The position numbers and the translations under genes were made by a program. A model generated the notes under the pieces. It saw nothing but the letters and a program-made list of their open reading frames with translations, did no database searches and was not told where the DNA came from. From an uncultured cyanobacterium (GTDB lineage: Bacteria > Cyanobacteriota > Cyanobacteriia > Cyanobacteriales > Cyanobacteriaceae), in NCBI GenBank assembly GCA_963749915.1, contig CAVVOP010000026.1, forward strand, positions 1 through 63,272: 63,272 bases of DNA, written 5' to 3'. Below are positions 33,031 through 43,413 of this stretch, piece by piece. Every line of letters starts with the position of its first letter. The first letter of the stretch is position 1.

Positions 33031-33224
33031 AATACTGATCGGTTAGGCGGTCAAACTTTATGAGATGAGAAGTGTGGGGAGTGCGGGGAGTGTGGGAAGT
33101 ATTGGATTTTTCTTCCCTCTCTCTTGGTGCGCTACCAAGTGCGTCTTTCGCCGACGCGGGCACTGCCTCCTTTTGACTTTTCCCTCCCTCACAGTAACGT
33201 TTTTGGCACTAACCAGGCAGCATT
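33031..33224. mobile_element. MITE-like element
   Basis: Imperfect IRs AATACTGATCGGTTAG / CTAACCAGGCAGCATT; internal segments shared with 63018-63272. Confidence 0.6.
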
Positions 33225-33246
33225 AGTGCACCAGAATAATTAAGTG

Positions 33247-35130
33247 TTATAACTGAGGAACAAATTGTTCTTTTTCAGGAACTTCGGTATATTCAGCCAC
33301 AATTTGCCGAAATTCCTCGCCGTCAATGGTTTCTTTTTCGATGAGTAAATCAACCAAACGATCAATTACTTCCCGATTTTCACGGACAATTTGACGGGCA
33401 ATTTGATGACCATGTTCGGCTAACATCTTGATTTGAGCGTCAATACGAGATGCGCTTTCTTCGGAATATTCCGCACGGTTCATAAAACCACCGCCCAGGA
33501 AAACTTCTCCTCCTTGTCCTTCTAAAGAAAGAGGACCTAAGTCACTCATTCCGAAACGAGTCACCATCTGACGTGCCATGCCAGTTACTTGTTGTAAGTC
33601 ACCTCCAGCACCGGTGGTTACTTCGTCGTCACCGAAAACTTCTTCTTCCGCCGCCCGGCCGCCCATGGCACCGGCAATTCTTGCCATTAATTGGGCTTTG
33701 GTGGTTAATCCTTGTTCTTCGTTGGGAGTAAACCAAGTTAAACCCTGTGCTTGTCCTCTGGGAATTAAGGTTACTTTTTGCACAGGATCATGATCTTTGA
33801 TTAAAGTGCCGACGATGGCATGACCGACTTCGTGATAAGCAATCAAGCGTTTACTCTTACTATCTACTAAAGGAGTGCCTTCCATCCCGGCGACCACACG
33901 ATCAACTGCCGCATCAATTTCTGATAGGGTGATTTCTGATTTACGACGACGGGCGGTTAAAATAGCCGCTTCATTAAGTAAGTTAGCTAAATCTGCTCCA
34001 CTGAAACCAGGGGTACGACGGGCGATCGCCTCCAAAGAAACACTAGACGCTAATTTTTTGTTACGGGCGTGAACATCTAAAATACCCATTCTGCCTTTAA
34101 AATCAGGGGGATCAACCATTACCTGACGGTCAAAACGACCCGGACGCATTAAAGCTGAATCTAACACATCTGCACGGTTAGTAGCGGCAATGACGATAAT
34201 ACCAGTGTTGCCTTCAAAACCGTCCATCTCGGTTAATAATTGGTTTAAGGTTTGTTCTCTCTCATCATTGCCACCGCCGATACCAGCACCTCTTTGTCTT
34301 CCGACGGCGTCGATTTCATCGATAAAGACTAGACAAGGAGCATTTTCTTTGGCTTTTTTGAATAAATCCCTTACACGAGAAGCACCAACACCGACAAACA
34401 TCTCTACAAATTCAGAACCAGAAATGCTGAAGAAAGGGACACCTGCTTCTCCGGCGATCGCCTTAGCCAGTAGGGTTTTACCAGTTCCGGGAGGTCCCAC
34501 CAATAATACACCTTTAGGGATTCTTGCACCCACGGCGGTGAATTTTTCAGGTTGTTTAAGGAAAGTTACAACTTCTTCTAATTCTTCTTTAGCTTCCTCA
34601 ATACCCGCTACATCATCGAATTGAACCCCAGTTTTGGCTTCCATCATGAAACGTGCTTTAGATTTCCCAAAATTCATGGCTTGTCCGGGTCCTCCGGGCA
34701 TGTTACTAGAGCGACGGAACAGGAAGAATAAAGAGGCAATCAATAACACGGGGAAAACTAAGTTACCTAAAATGCCCCAGATAGCACCCTCGTTACGCAA
34801 AGGATGGGAATCGAAATTAACTCCAGATTCTCTTAACTTAGTGATTAATTCGGGGGAGGTTCCGGGTAAATCAACTCTTAATCTTTGTACCTGACGCAAT
34901 TCGGGATCGATGGCTTCGACGATGGCAGTGCGTCCATTTTCATACAAATCAACACTGCTAACTCTGCCTTTATCCAAGTATTCTAAGAATCTTCCATAGG
35001 TCATGCGAGTACTTGCAGTATTGTTATTATCACCACCTATATTATTGGCAAAACTACCCTGCCAAATGAAAAAGCCGATTACTAAAAATGGTATTGTCCA
35101 TAGTAGGACTGTACGCCAAGATAATTTCAT
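33247..35130 (-). CDS. ftsH: ATP-dependent zinc metalloprotease FtsH2
   Basis: [26 protein letters not shown]. Confidence 0.97.
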   Translation of the reverse strand: MKLSWRTVLLWTIPFLVIGFFIWQGSFANNIGGDNNNTASTRMTYGRFLEYLDKGRVSSVDLYENGRTAIVEAIDPELRQVQRLRVDLPGTSPELITKLRESGVNFDSHPLRNEGAIWGILGNLVFPVLLIASLFFLFRRSSNMPGGPGQAMNFGKSKARFMMEAKTGVQFDDVAGIEEAKEELEEVVTFLKQPEKFTAVGARIPKGVLLVGPPGTGKTLLAKAIAGEAGVPFFSISGSEFVEMFVGVGASRVRDLFKKAKENAPCLVFIDEIDAVGRQRGAGIGGGNDEREQTLNQLLTEMDGFEGNTGIIVIAATNRADVLDSALMRPGRFDRQVMVDPPDFKGRMGILDVHARNKKLASSVSLEAIARRTPGFSGADLANLLNEAAILTARRRKSEITLSEIDAAVDRVVAGMEGTPLVDSKSKRLIAYHEVGHAIVGTLIKDHDPVQKVTLIPRGQAQGLTWFTPNEEQGLTTKAQLMARIAGAMGGRAAEEEVFGDDEVTTGAGGDLQQVTGMARQMVTRFGMSDLGPLSLEGQGGEVFLGGGFMNRAEYSEESASRIDAQIKMLAEHGHQIARQIVRENREVIDRLVDLLIEKETIDGEEFRQIVAEYTEVPEKEQFVPQL

Positions 35131-35322
35131 AATTTTCTTATTTTATTAATTGAAAGAGGGGAATAAGTGGTTAACTTGTTCTCATCTCCATGTTTTTACC
35201 TATGATTAATTTTAACAACTATTTCTTAACTAAACTTAACATAGTTCTCATTTTTTGTGCAATAAACCATAAAATCATAAAACACGAATTTGATTGACTG
35301 ATATTTAAAATGTTTCAGATTT

Positions 35323-35985
35323 TTACAATAAGCCTCTATAACGAATAAATAATAATATAGTTGCCCATGAACCAAGAGCCACTTTAATAGCTACGATAAT
35401 ATTCAAAAGAGGAATCATACCGCCACTGACTAATCCTCCATAATTACCCTGAGATAACTCCAATCCTGCTAAAGAAATAACAGACAAGATAATGAATACA
35501 ATTACCGATAGTTTTTCGATAATAGCAGCGTGCCAACGTTGATAAATTTTCTGCATCCATTCCGAGGAAGATGTAATGGCAACCAAACCAATAGCTGTAC
35601 CTCCTGCCACTCCCGCGGCAAAACCACCACCTGGGCTTAAATGTCCTCTGATAGCCAATTCTATACAGATAATGGCTGTTATGGTAGCACCAACACGAGC
35701 TAAGGCGATGGAAGTTTGATCACTAAATTGATAAACCACCGCAGTGGGTTGTTCATTAGCAAGCAGAAAACTAATACCCAAGGTGGCGATAGTGAATACT
35801 ATCACTTCAAAAATAGTATCGAAAAGACGATTACGAAAAATAATACCTGATACGGCATTGGGTACACCACTATCTTCTACTACCATCTCGACGATCGATA
35901 TTCCTTCTAATTCCACCGTCGGATTAGAAACAACCAAAATTTTGATAAACATGGCAATTCCTGCCAATAAATATATTATTTTCAT
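35323..35985 (-). CDS. mnhB: Na+/H+ antiporter subunit B
   Basis: PNAVSGI.FRNRLFDT.FE, RGHLSPGGGF. Confidence 0.9.
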   Translation of the reverse strand: MKIIYLLAGIAMFIKILVVSNPTVELEGISIVEMVVEDSGVPNAVSGIIFRNRLFDTIFEVIVFTIATLGISFLLANEQPTAVVYQFSDQTSIALARVGATITAIICIELAIRGHLSPGGGFAAGVAGGTAIGLVAITSSSEWMQKIYQRWHAAIIEKLSVIVFIILSVISLAGLELSQGNYGGLVSGGMIPLLNIIVAIKVALGSWATILLFIRYRGLL

Positions 35986-35991
35986 AACTAA

Positions 35992-36528
35992 CTAATTAAT
36001 TAAGTTGATTTTGCATTTGTCCTTCGCTATTTCTGGTTGAATTAGCTTCAATAATCTTTCTACTCTGGTAGTAATTTGATATTTAAAATCAATATTTTCC
36101 GAAGAATTATAAGGTAAACAAATTCCATGTACTTCTTTTTTCGTTAAAGCTTTTTCTAAGGCTTCTTGATTTTCATAAGTAACTAATTCTAAACGCAAAT
36201 AAGCCTTACTTATTGCCTGACGTAAAACAATGGTTAAACTCTGAAAATCATCATCTGTTTCTGCTAATAAGGATTCGATTACCCCTAAACGCATCACAAA
36301 AGACGATCGCACTGCTATGATATAAAGACTAACCGCTAGCATTGTCCCCATCAAAGCCTCCGTTAAAGCCACATCCGCCGCTCCTAAAACTACATATCCT
36401 AATACCGCAACCGCCCCTAAAATACCACGAATAACTAAGGCGTGATAAGGATTCACTTCAATCATTAACATCAATGAAGATAAGGGTAGTAGGGCGATAA
36501 TCAGATAAACATATAATTCGTCGTTCAT
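35992..36528 (-). CDS. DUF4040 Mnh-associated subunit
   Basis: LGAADVALTEALMG. Confidence 0.8.
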   Translation of the reverse strand: MNDELYVYLIIALLPLSSLMLMIEVNPYHALVIRGILGAVAVLGYVVLGAADVALTEALMGTMLAVSLYIIAVRSSFVMRLGVIESLLAETDDDFQSLTIVLRQAISKAYLRLELVTYENQEALEKALTKKEVHGICLPYNSSENIDFKYQITTRVERLLKLIQPEIAKDKCKINLIN

Positions 36529-36806
36529 TGGGACTTTTTCTCCTGATTAGTTACACTATAAGCTAATACATAACCCAACATAGTATTCCAAATAGCAAGG
36601 GAGATAATGGCAAGAAGAAGTAAGGGTAATTCACTGGGATTTTTGAAACTTAAGCCGATAACAATTAAAATCGAACCGAGGGTATCGGCAACGGAAAGAT
36701 TATGGAGTTTATAAAGAATCGATCGCTTTTGTAGGAGAACTGGTGTACCCCACAGCCAAAAAATCAGTCCTGAGATTAGACAAAAATAGGTGAGAAAATT
36801 GATCAT
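36525..36806 (-). CDS. mnhG: Na+/H+ antiporter subunit G
   Basis: KLHNLSVADTLG. Confidence 0.85.
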   Translation of the reverse strand: MINFLTYFCLISGLIFWLWGTPVLLQKRSILYKLHNLSVADTLGSILIVIGLSFKNPSELPLLLLAIISLAIWNTMLGYVLAYSVTNQEKKSQ

Positions 36807-36816
36807 GAATTATGAA

Positions 36817-37104
36817 TTATGAATTATGAATGTTGACTACAGTTATTTGATGATTACTTTCACCGAGGCGTTTGAGTAAATGTGCGAGTAACATTAAGCC
36901 AGCATTGCCTACAGTCAAAACAATTACTCCAACTATGCCCATCATCCAATCGTCTCTTAAAACCGATATGACTAAAATCATAATGGAGGCTTTGCTGGAG
37001 ATACTGCTAACCGCTAACATTATTTGCCAGATATTATTCTCCCGCCATGTTTGATATATCGGGATTAGTAAGGTAAGAATCATTATTATTAGAATTAAGT
37101 TCAT
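36817..37104 (-). CDS. mnhF: Na+/H+ antiporter subunit F-like
   Basis: Small three-TM protein between mnhE and mnhG. Confidence 0.7.
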   Translation of the reverse strand: MNLILIIMILTLLIPIYQTWRENNIWQIMLAVSSISSKASIMILVISVLRDDWMMGIVGVIVLTVGNAGLMLLAHLLKRLGESNHQITVVNIHNS

Positions 37105-37483
37105 TGGGTTTCTGGGGATTAATTTTGTGTACTTGATACCAACCTTCTTCTTGGTATTGCAAAACTATGGTTTTGGGGGTAAAAGTAATGACAAATATGT
37201 CTAAAAATACCAGAATTGGGGGACGTCTTCCTGGCACATGCTCACGAGTTAAACTTTCATATTTATGGGGGCGAACCATAATTTCCACCGCTTCTAAATA
37301 AGCTTGAGGAAAAGCAATCATAATTTTCCAGACTATTTTGAGCCATTCTCCTAAATCATTAGCTGTAATTTTGGGCTTCGGTATAATAAAAGCGATCGCC
37401 ATCCCAATCATAATATTGGCAGGAGACAAATCTGCTGTTAACAAAAACCAAATTCCCAGACGAAAAATTAAATTTAAAATCAT
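37034..37483 (-). CDS. mnhE: Na+/H+ antiporter subunit E
   Basis: WFLLT, ITFTPKT motifs. Confidence 0.85.
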   Translation of the reverse strand: MILNLIFRLGIWFLLTADLSPANIMIGMAIAFIIPKPKITANDLGEWLKIVWKIMIAFPQAYLEAVEIMVRPHKYESLTREHVPGRRPPILVFLDIFVITFTPKTIVLQYQEEGWYQVHKINPQKPNELNSNNNDSYLTNPDISNMAGE

Positions 37484-37528
37484 AATTGATCATGGTTAAT
37501 AGTTAATAGTTCAAAATTTTTCTATTTA

Positions 37529-38974
37529 TTAATAGGGTATTACTAACCAAAATAAGCCAACTAAGGTCAAACTCATCATGCCTAGTAAATGCTCCATTTT
37601 TTCTAAGCCACGGGGTAAATAAACAACTATTTTTTTGATGACTAATAAATAAATAGTCCAACCAATCGCAATGGTGATTAAAGACTTACTAATATTAGGA
37701 ATAGTGTAAGCAGAAGGATAAATGATGTTACTAGCAAATAAACCCCAGAGCAAGAAAATGGCCGCTAACCAAAAACCTTGATCTTGATTAGTTTTTTCCT
37801 CTGGTGAATGAGCGAGAAAAATAAACTTGGCAAAGGATATGGCGGTACCCACTGCCGCAATGTTCATCAGGATAAATTGCCAGGAAGTTAATTCTTTTAG
37901 AGTCAAAGTTTTGGTGACAAAACCTGCCAAAAAAGGCATTCCGGCGATAGATAGACTGGCCATGGTTAAGCATAACCAGAGTTGAGTACTAATCTTATGA
38001 TGTTGTAATTCCTTGAGATTACGGGTAGGTAACGCCCCTGACATTAAAAATAAAGCTGACTTGACTAAGCCATGACTCAGGGCATAAATACCAGCAGCAT
38101 TCGGTGTTGCCAAAACAAAACCCAACTGAGAAATAGTATGAAATGCCAACATCCGTTTCACATCTTTTTCAAAGATGGCGTAGGTGACACCAAAGATAGC
38201 CGTAATAGTCGCCATGATAGCTATCACTACGTCTATCTTATCAATCAACAAAGCTAAACGAAGCAAAGGATAAATGCCTGTTTTGATGACAACTCCCGAA
38301 AGTAAAGCTGACACCGGGGTTTCTACAGAAGAATGAGTTAAGGGTAGCCATAAACCAGATACAAATATGCCCCCTTTCACTAGCAAAGCTACGAAAATCA
38401 GGGAGATGGCTTCGGGAGGAGAATTTTGTAAGCCCTCAAATTTAAAGGAATGGTTAGCTTGATATTCTAAAATGGCTCCTACCAAATAGAACAACATAGC
38501 AGTATTACTAATCAGTAGGTAACGTAAGCCCACCCAAATGGAAAAATTACTCCGAGGATAAGCTATCAGCAAGAAAGAGGCAATACTGATTACTTCTAGG
38601 GCAACATAAAAGCTAATTAAATCGTTGCCAATAAAACAAACATTGATACTCCCATAAAGAATCATCAAGATAGCATAAAAAAAAGCCTTCTTTTGCTTTT
38701 GCCAACAATAAAAACTCACGGCGATCGTCACTAGACAATTAGTTAAGATTAAATAACCACTGAGGTTATCAATCATTAAACTCACGCCAAAATTATCTTT
38801 TAAGGTAATAGTCAGGTTAGCATCCGTCAGTAATAACCAACAAGGATAGATGGTAGTCAAAACTAAGGTAATAAGATTGAGATAGCGATCAATTTTGGGC
38901 AATAAATAGATCACAAAACCACTGATAAAAGGTAGAGCTACCCAAATTAAAGTCCAACTAGTTGCCGTCATCAT
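37529..38974 (-). CDS. mnhD: Na+/H+ antiporter subunit D (copy 2)
   Basis: DLISFYVALE, WLPLTHS, KRMLAFHTISQLG. Confidence 0.9.
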   Translation of the reverse strand: MMTATSWTLIWVALPFISGFVIYLLPKIDRYLNLITLVLTTIYPCWLLLTDANLTITLKDNFGVSLMIDNLSGYLILTNCLVTIAVSFYCWQKQKKAFFYAILMILYGSINVCFIGNDLISFYVALEVISIASFLLIAYPRSNFSIWVGLRYLLISNTAMLFYLVGAILEYQANHSFKFEGLQNSPPEAISLIFVALLVKGGIFVSGLWLPLTHSSVETPVSALLSGVVIKTGIYPLLRLALLIDKIDVVIAIMATITAIFGVTYAIFEKDVKRMLAFHTISQLGFVLATPNAAGIYALSHGLVKSALFLMSGALPTRNLKELQHHKISTQLWLCLTMASLSIAGMPFLAGFVTKTLTLKELTSWQFILMNIAAVGTAISFAKFIFLAHSPEEKTNQDQGFWLAAIFLLWGLFASNIIYPSAYTIPNISKSLITIAIGWTIYLLVIKKIVVYLPRGLEKMEHLLGMMSLTLVGLFWLVIPY

Positions 38975-39345
38975 TATTTAGTCATACTCCTTTCGATTTC
39001 CTCTACTTCTAACGTCGGATTATCTTGAGCTAATTTCATCACCCCCACTAACATTAAGGCTTGGATAGAAAAGCCGATGACTATAGCAGTTAGTATTACA
39101 GCTTGTGGTACAGGGTCTGCATAACCACCATCATGAGTGGGAGACAAAATCGGCGTAAGCAAGCCCTCTCGTGAAGCAATCAGTACATAATAAGAAATCA
39201 CTCCAGTACTCATTACGTCCATACCCATAATCTTCATGACTAGATTACGTTTATAGACCATCCCTAAAAAACCACATAAAATACTTGCAATAATAAAACC
39301 TTCTAAGATAATCATAAGCATTTTTAAAAATCTATATATAATCAT
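38974..39345 (-). CDS. mnhC: Na+/H+ antiporter subunit C
   Basis: ADPVPQAVILTAIVIG. Confidence 0.92.
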   Translation of the reverse strand: MIIYRFLKMLMIILEGFIIASILCGFLGMVYKRNLVMKIMGMDVMSTGVISYYVLIASREGLLTPILSPTHDGGYADPVPQAVILTAIVIGFSIQALMLVGVMKLAQDNPTLEVEEIERSMTK

Positions 39346-39405
39346 AATCTTATAGAAGTAAATCTATGTCAATTACGATCAACTAATAACAGAGATAATC
39401 AATCT

Positions 39406-40875
39406 TTATAAAGATGGTATTACTAACCAGAATAAGCCCACCAGAGTTAAACTCATAACCCCGATTAAATGATCGATTTGTTCCCAGCCACGAGGTAAAT
39501 GAACCACGATTTTTTTAATGACCAATAAATAAATAGTCCAACCGATCGCGATCGTCATTAAGGATTTAGTCAGATTAGAAATATTATAGTAAGCTGAGGG
39601 ATAAATTAAATTACTCAAAAATAAGCCAAAAACTAAGAAAATGATTGCTAGCCAAAAACCCTTGTCTTGATTTACTTTTTCTGCTGATGAATGGGGTAGA
39701 AAAATAAACTTGGCAAAAACGATTGCTGTACCAACAGCGGCAATATTCATAACGATGAATTGCCATGAAGTTAACTCCTTAAGAGTCAAAACTTTAGCAA
39801 CGAAACCCACAACAAAAGGAATTCCCGTAATGGATAAACTAGCTAAGGTTAAACCCAACCAAAGTTGACTACTAATCTTTTGATTTTGCAATTGATTCAA
39901 GTTTCTCGTTGGTAACGCCCCTGACATTAAAAACAAAGCTGACTTGGCAACGCCATGACTTAGAGCATATATACCTGCAGTTGAGGGAGTTATTAAAATA
40001 AAGCCTATTTGAGAAATAGTACTCCAAGCTAACATTCGTTTGACATCTTTCTCAAAAATGGCGTAGGTAATGCCAAAGACAGCCGTAATAACAGCAAAAA
40101 TGCTAATAATTAAATCCATTTCATTCATCAATAAAGCTAAACGTATAAGGGGGTAAATACCTGTTTTAATTACAATGCCAGAGAGTAAAGCGGAGACAGG
40201 AGTATCAACTGAGGAATGAGTAAAAGGTAACCATAATCCGGAGACAAAAACTCCACCTTTGACTAATAATGCTAATACAACTAGTGCGATCGCTTCTGGA
40301 GGGGAGCCTTGTAATCCTTGAAATTCAAAGGAATGATGGGCTTGATATTCTAAGATTGCCCCGACTAAATAAAACAACATGGCGGTATTACTAATCAGTA
40401 GGTAACGTAAGCCAACCCAGATAGAAAAATTATTGCGAGGATAAACTATGAGTAAGAAGGAGGCAATACTAATTACTTCCAAGGCAACATAAAAGCTAAT
40501 TAAATCATTGCCAATAAAACAAGCATTCACACTACCATAAAGAATCATCAAGATAGCATAAAAAAAAGCCTTCTTTTGCTTTTGCCAACAGTATAAAGTA
40601 ACGGCGATCGTCACCAGACAATTAGTTAAAATTAGATAGCCACTCAGACTATCAATCATCAAACTTACCCCAAAATTATCCTTTAAGGTGATAGTAAAAC
40701 TAGCATCACTCAGCAGTAACCAACAAGGATAAATGGCGGTTAAAGATAAAGTAATAATCGTCAGATAGCGATCGATTTTTGGCAATAAGTAGATAACGAA
40801 ACCGCTGATAAAAGGCAAAGCCACCCAAATTAAAGTCCAACTAGTTAAAGTCATAATTGTTTTAATAATTGACAC
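39406..40875 (-). CDS. mnhD: Na+/H+ antiporter subunit D (copy 1)
   Basis: Paralog of 37529-38974; KRMLAWSTISQIG. Confidence 0.9.
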   Translation of the reverse strand: MSIIKTIMTLTSWTLIWVALPFISGFVIYLLPKIDRYLTIITLSLTAIYPCWLLLSDASFTITLKDNFGVSLMIDSLSGYLILTNCLVTIAVTLYCWQKQKKAFFYAILMILYGSVNACFIGNDLISFYVALEVISIASFLLIVYPRNNFSIWVGLRYLLISNTAMLFYLVGAILEYQAHHSFEFQGLQGSPPEAIALVVLALLVKGGVFVSGLWLPFTHSSVDTPVSALLSGIVIKTGIYPLIRLALLMNEMDLIISIFAVITAVFGITYAIFEKDVKRMLAWSTISQIGFILITPSTAGIYALSHGVAKSALFLMSGALPTRNLNQLQNQKISSQLWLGLTLASLSITGIPFVVGFVAKVLTLKELTSWQFIVMNIAAVGTAIVFAKFIFLPHSSAEKVNQDKGFWLAIIFLVFGLFLSNLIYPSAYYNISNLTKSLMTIAIGWTIYLLVIKKIVVHLPRGWEQIDHLIGVMSLTLVGLFWLVIPSL

Positions 40876-40885
40876 TTATTACTTA

Positions 40886-41090
40886 TTACTTATTACTTAT
40901 TATTTGATTCTCAATTTCCTCGACCTCCAAAGTCGGATTATCTTGTGCTAACTTCATCACTCCCACCAACATTAACGCTTGGATTGAAAAACCAATGACT
41001 ATCGCTGTTAATATTACAGCTTGTGGTACAGGATCTGCATAACCACCATCATGAGTGGGAGACAAAATCGGCGTAAGCAAGCCCTTCTCA
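40886..41090 (-). pseudogene. mnhC: 5'-truncated mnhC copy
   Basis: Only GLLTPILS...DPVPQAVILTAIVIG...; first two TM helices missing; abuts the stop codon of the upstream gene. Confidence 0.8.
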
Positions 41091-41092
41091 CG

Positions 41093-41941
41093 TTATTTAG
41101 GATTAAGTGCATCCTTAAGTCCATCACCAATATAATTAATACTTAAAACAGTAAAAAATATCGCCAATCCGGGGAATATTGCCATATAAGGGGCGGAAGT
41201 CAAATAATTTTGGGCATCGTATAACATTCTTCCCCATGTAGGAATATCTGGAGGAAATCCTAATCCTAAAAAGCTGAGGGTAGATTCCACAATAATGGCG
41301 TTACCCACAGATAAGGTTGCGGCGACGATAATTACGCTGACAACATTGGGTAAGATATGCACTAGGATTATACGCCCTGAATTTGCCCCTAAACTTTTGG
41401 CAGCACTGATAAATTCTCTTTCTTTGAGTTGTAAAAATGAGCTTCTGACTAATCTCGCCACCGACATCCAATTTAATAAACCAATGATTAAAACTACTAG
41501 GAAAAAAATTCCTAGTTCTGCACCGAAAACAGATTTAACGGCATCTCGAAATAAGTAAACTACTAATAATAAAACTGGTAACTGTGGTAACGATAAAAAT
41601 ATATCTGTCAATCTCATCAAGATATTATCGAGGATACCACCATAATAACCAGCGATGGCCCCAATAATCGTCCCGGTGGAAATAGCTACAACCATAGCGG
41701 CAATACCTACGGTTAAGGAAATTTTACCGCCAAATAATGCTCTTGCTAACTGATCTTGTCCTAGGTCATTTGTTCCAAAAGGATGTTGCCAACTGGGGGG
41801 TAAAGTGGATTGAGTAAAGTCAATGGTATCAATGGGAGTTTGATAAATAATCGGTAAAAAGAGGATATTAACGATAATTAAAGCTAAGGTTAATAATCCT
41901 GCGATCGCCATTTTATCTTTGGTAAATTTACGCCAAAACAT
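41093..41941 (-). CDS. Peptide ABC transporter permease (OppC/DppC)
   Basis: HPFGTNDLGQD, EFISAAKSLGA, ESTLSFLGLG. Confidence 0.92.
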   Translation of the reverse strand: MFWRKFTKDKMAIAGLLTLALIIVNILFLPIIYQTPIDTIDFTQSTLPPSWQHPFGTNDLGQDQLARALFGGKISLTVGIAAMVVAISTGTIIGAIAGYYGGILDNILMRLTDIFLSLPQLPVLLLVVYLFRDAVKSVFGAELGIFFLVVLIIGLLNWMSVARLVRSSFLQLKEREFISAAKSLGANSGRIILVHILPNVVSVIIVAATLSVGNAIIVESTLSFLGLGFPPDIPTWGRMLYDAQNYLTSAPYMAIFPGLAIFFTVLSINYIGDGLKDALNPK

Positions 41942-42009
41942 ATTTTTCGGATTTAGGATTAGAAATTCATTCTACGGCGTTGGTGAATCAAAATGCCATT
42001 ACACAATAA

Positions 42010-42354
42010 TTAAGAAGAAGCAATAATTAGAGCAAAAGTTTTAACAACAGAATCAACAAAATCTGAGGGTAATATTTCTTCTGTGGTTACCCACCAACGT
42101 TTACTCAGATCCAATGTTCTAATTTGTTCGGTGATAACTGACCCTTTTATCTTATAACCTTCTGGGATCGGGATCATCATCTTTATGTCAGGTTTTAAAG
42201 TACTCGTAATGGGCATAACCACTACGATACCGTGACGAATGTTATTATATTTTGTGTGACTCAATACTAAACAAGGACGAGCATTACCCGATTGTTCTCT
42301 GCCAGTGGTAGGATTTAAGTTAACTCGAATAATCTCCCCACGCTGAATATTCAT
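42010..42354 (-). CDS. mazF: MazF/PemK toxin
   Basis: RGEII.VNLNPTTGREQSG..RPCLVLS, MPITS, EQIRTLD. Confidence 0.9.
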   Translation of the reverse strand: MNIQRGEIIRVNLNPTTGREQSGNARPCLVLSHTKYNNIRHGIVVVMPITSTLKPDIKMMIPIPEGYKIKGSVITEQIRTLDLSKRWWVTTEEILPSDFVDSVVKTFALIIASS

Positions 42355-42363
42355 CGGTTAACC

Positions 42364-42615
42364 TCAAATTAACTCTTTTCCTAAAGGTTTACTATCCACA
42401 AAATCAGCTATATCGTCGGGATATTCAAAATCATTAGGAATACTAGCTAATAATTCGTCAAGGGTGAGGGAATTTTTCTTTTTCTTGAGAATAAGGCTAT
42501 CTTGACATTCGATTAACTCGACGATGGAATTATCATCCAAATCGAAACTTTTCGCTATGGGATGAGGAATCCTTAAACCAAGACTATTACCCCATTTTCT
42601 TAATTCAATATCCAT
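42364..42615 (-). CDS. mazE: MazE/AbrB antitoxin
   Basis: KWGNSLGLRIP, LDELLASI. Confidence 0.9.
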   Translation of the reverse strand: MDIELRKWGNSLGLRIPHPIAKSFDLDDNSIVELIECQDSLILKKKKNSLTLDELLASIPNDFEYPDDIADFVDSKPLGKELI

Positions 42616-42678
42616 CGTTACTACCTTAATTTAATTATACATAGTATAACGCAGATAACTAGGTAATTAAGAGATTTA

Positions 42679-42748
42679 TCCCCCCTGCCCTCAACTTTGG
42701 GGGAGTGAGACAGTTTAAAAGTCCCCAGACTTGGGGATTTAGGGGCTT
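42679..42748. repeat. Cyanobacterial REP-like palindromic repeat
   Basis: CCCCCCTGCCCTCAACTTTGGGGGAG...AAGTCCCCAGACTTGGGGATTTAGGGGC double hairpin. Confidence 0.65.
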
Positions 42749-42773
42749 AAATCAAGCAATTTAGAAATCAATT

Positions 42774-43376
42774 TTACATTTTAAAATCGAAAATAAAACT
42801 AACTTTATCCTCTTTTCCCAATGCAATGCGATCGCCAGATTTTAAACGGTGTCGGTTGCCAGTGACTAAAGGAGTATGATTTATATAAGTTCCATTAGCA
42901 CTACCTGTATCTTCGATATAAAAAGTATCATCGAGTTGAATAATATCAGCATGGATACGAGAAACTACCTGAGAATTAGGGAAACCAGACACGTCTATAT
43001 CGGGAGGACTTTTTCCATTGGGTTTACCGATATGAACTACTGTTAATTCTACTGGTATATCTATGGTGATATTAGTTTGTACATGGGTAAGGATTGCCTT
43101 CAGTGACTGAATCTGAGTTTTACCGTCATTAAGGATGTCAGTAATTATGGAGGGTGAGTTTGTGGTAAACCCATCCCCATCAAGACTATCAATATTTTTC
43201 AAATCAGTGATAATTTCACTAATAATCTCCGATTCATCGACAACTGCCATCACAATATTGGCCATGTCTTCATTATTCTCTGAATCTAATCGGCTTTGTT
43301 CTAAATTCAAACCACATTCAGGACATTTATTAACTTTATCTTCAACAAAAGCACCACAACTAGGACAAATAATCAT
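42774..43376 (-). CDS. Zinc-ribbon/FHA domain protein, FraH-like
   Basis: CPSC..CPEC; HIGKPN..PPDIDVSGF.NS.VVSRIHA; GSANGT. Confidence 0.85.
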   Translation of the reverse strand: MIICPSCGAFVEDKVNKCPECGLNLEQSRLDSENNEDMANIVMAVVDESEIISEIITDLKNIDSLDGDGFTTNSPSIITDILNDGKTQIQSLKAILTHVQTNITIDIPVELTVVHIGKPNGKSPPDIDVSGFPNSQVVSRIHADIIQLDDTFYIEDTGSANGTYINHTPLVTGNRHRLKSGDRIALGKEDKVSFIFDFKM

Positions 43377-43413
43377 AAGAATTAAATAATTGATAATTGA
43401 TAATTGATAACTG

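Noticed and set aside
33578..34894. Plus-strand ORFs within ftsH, and similar short antisense ORFs elsewhere
   Set aside because: Antisense to well-conserved genes, with no recognisable motifs
36805..43412. Heptamer runs (ATGAATT at about 36805, TTATTAC at about 40877, AATTGAT at about 43388)
   Set aside because: Ordinary cyanobacterial short tandem repeats at gene junctions
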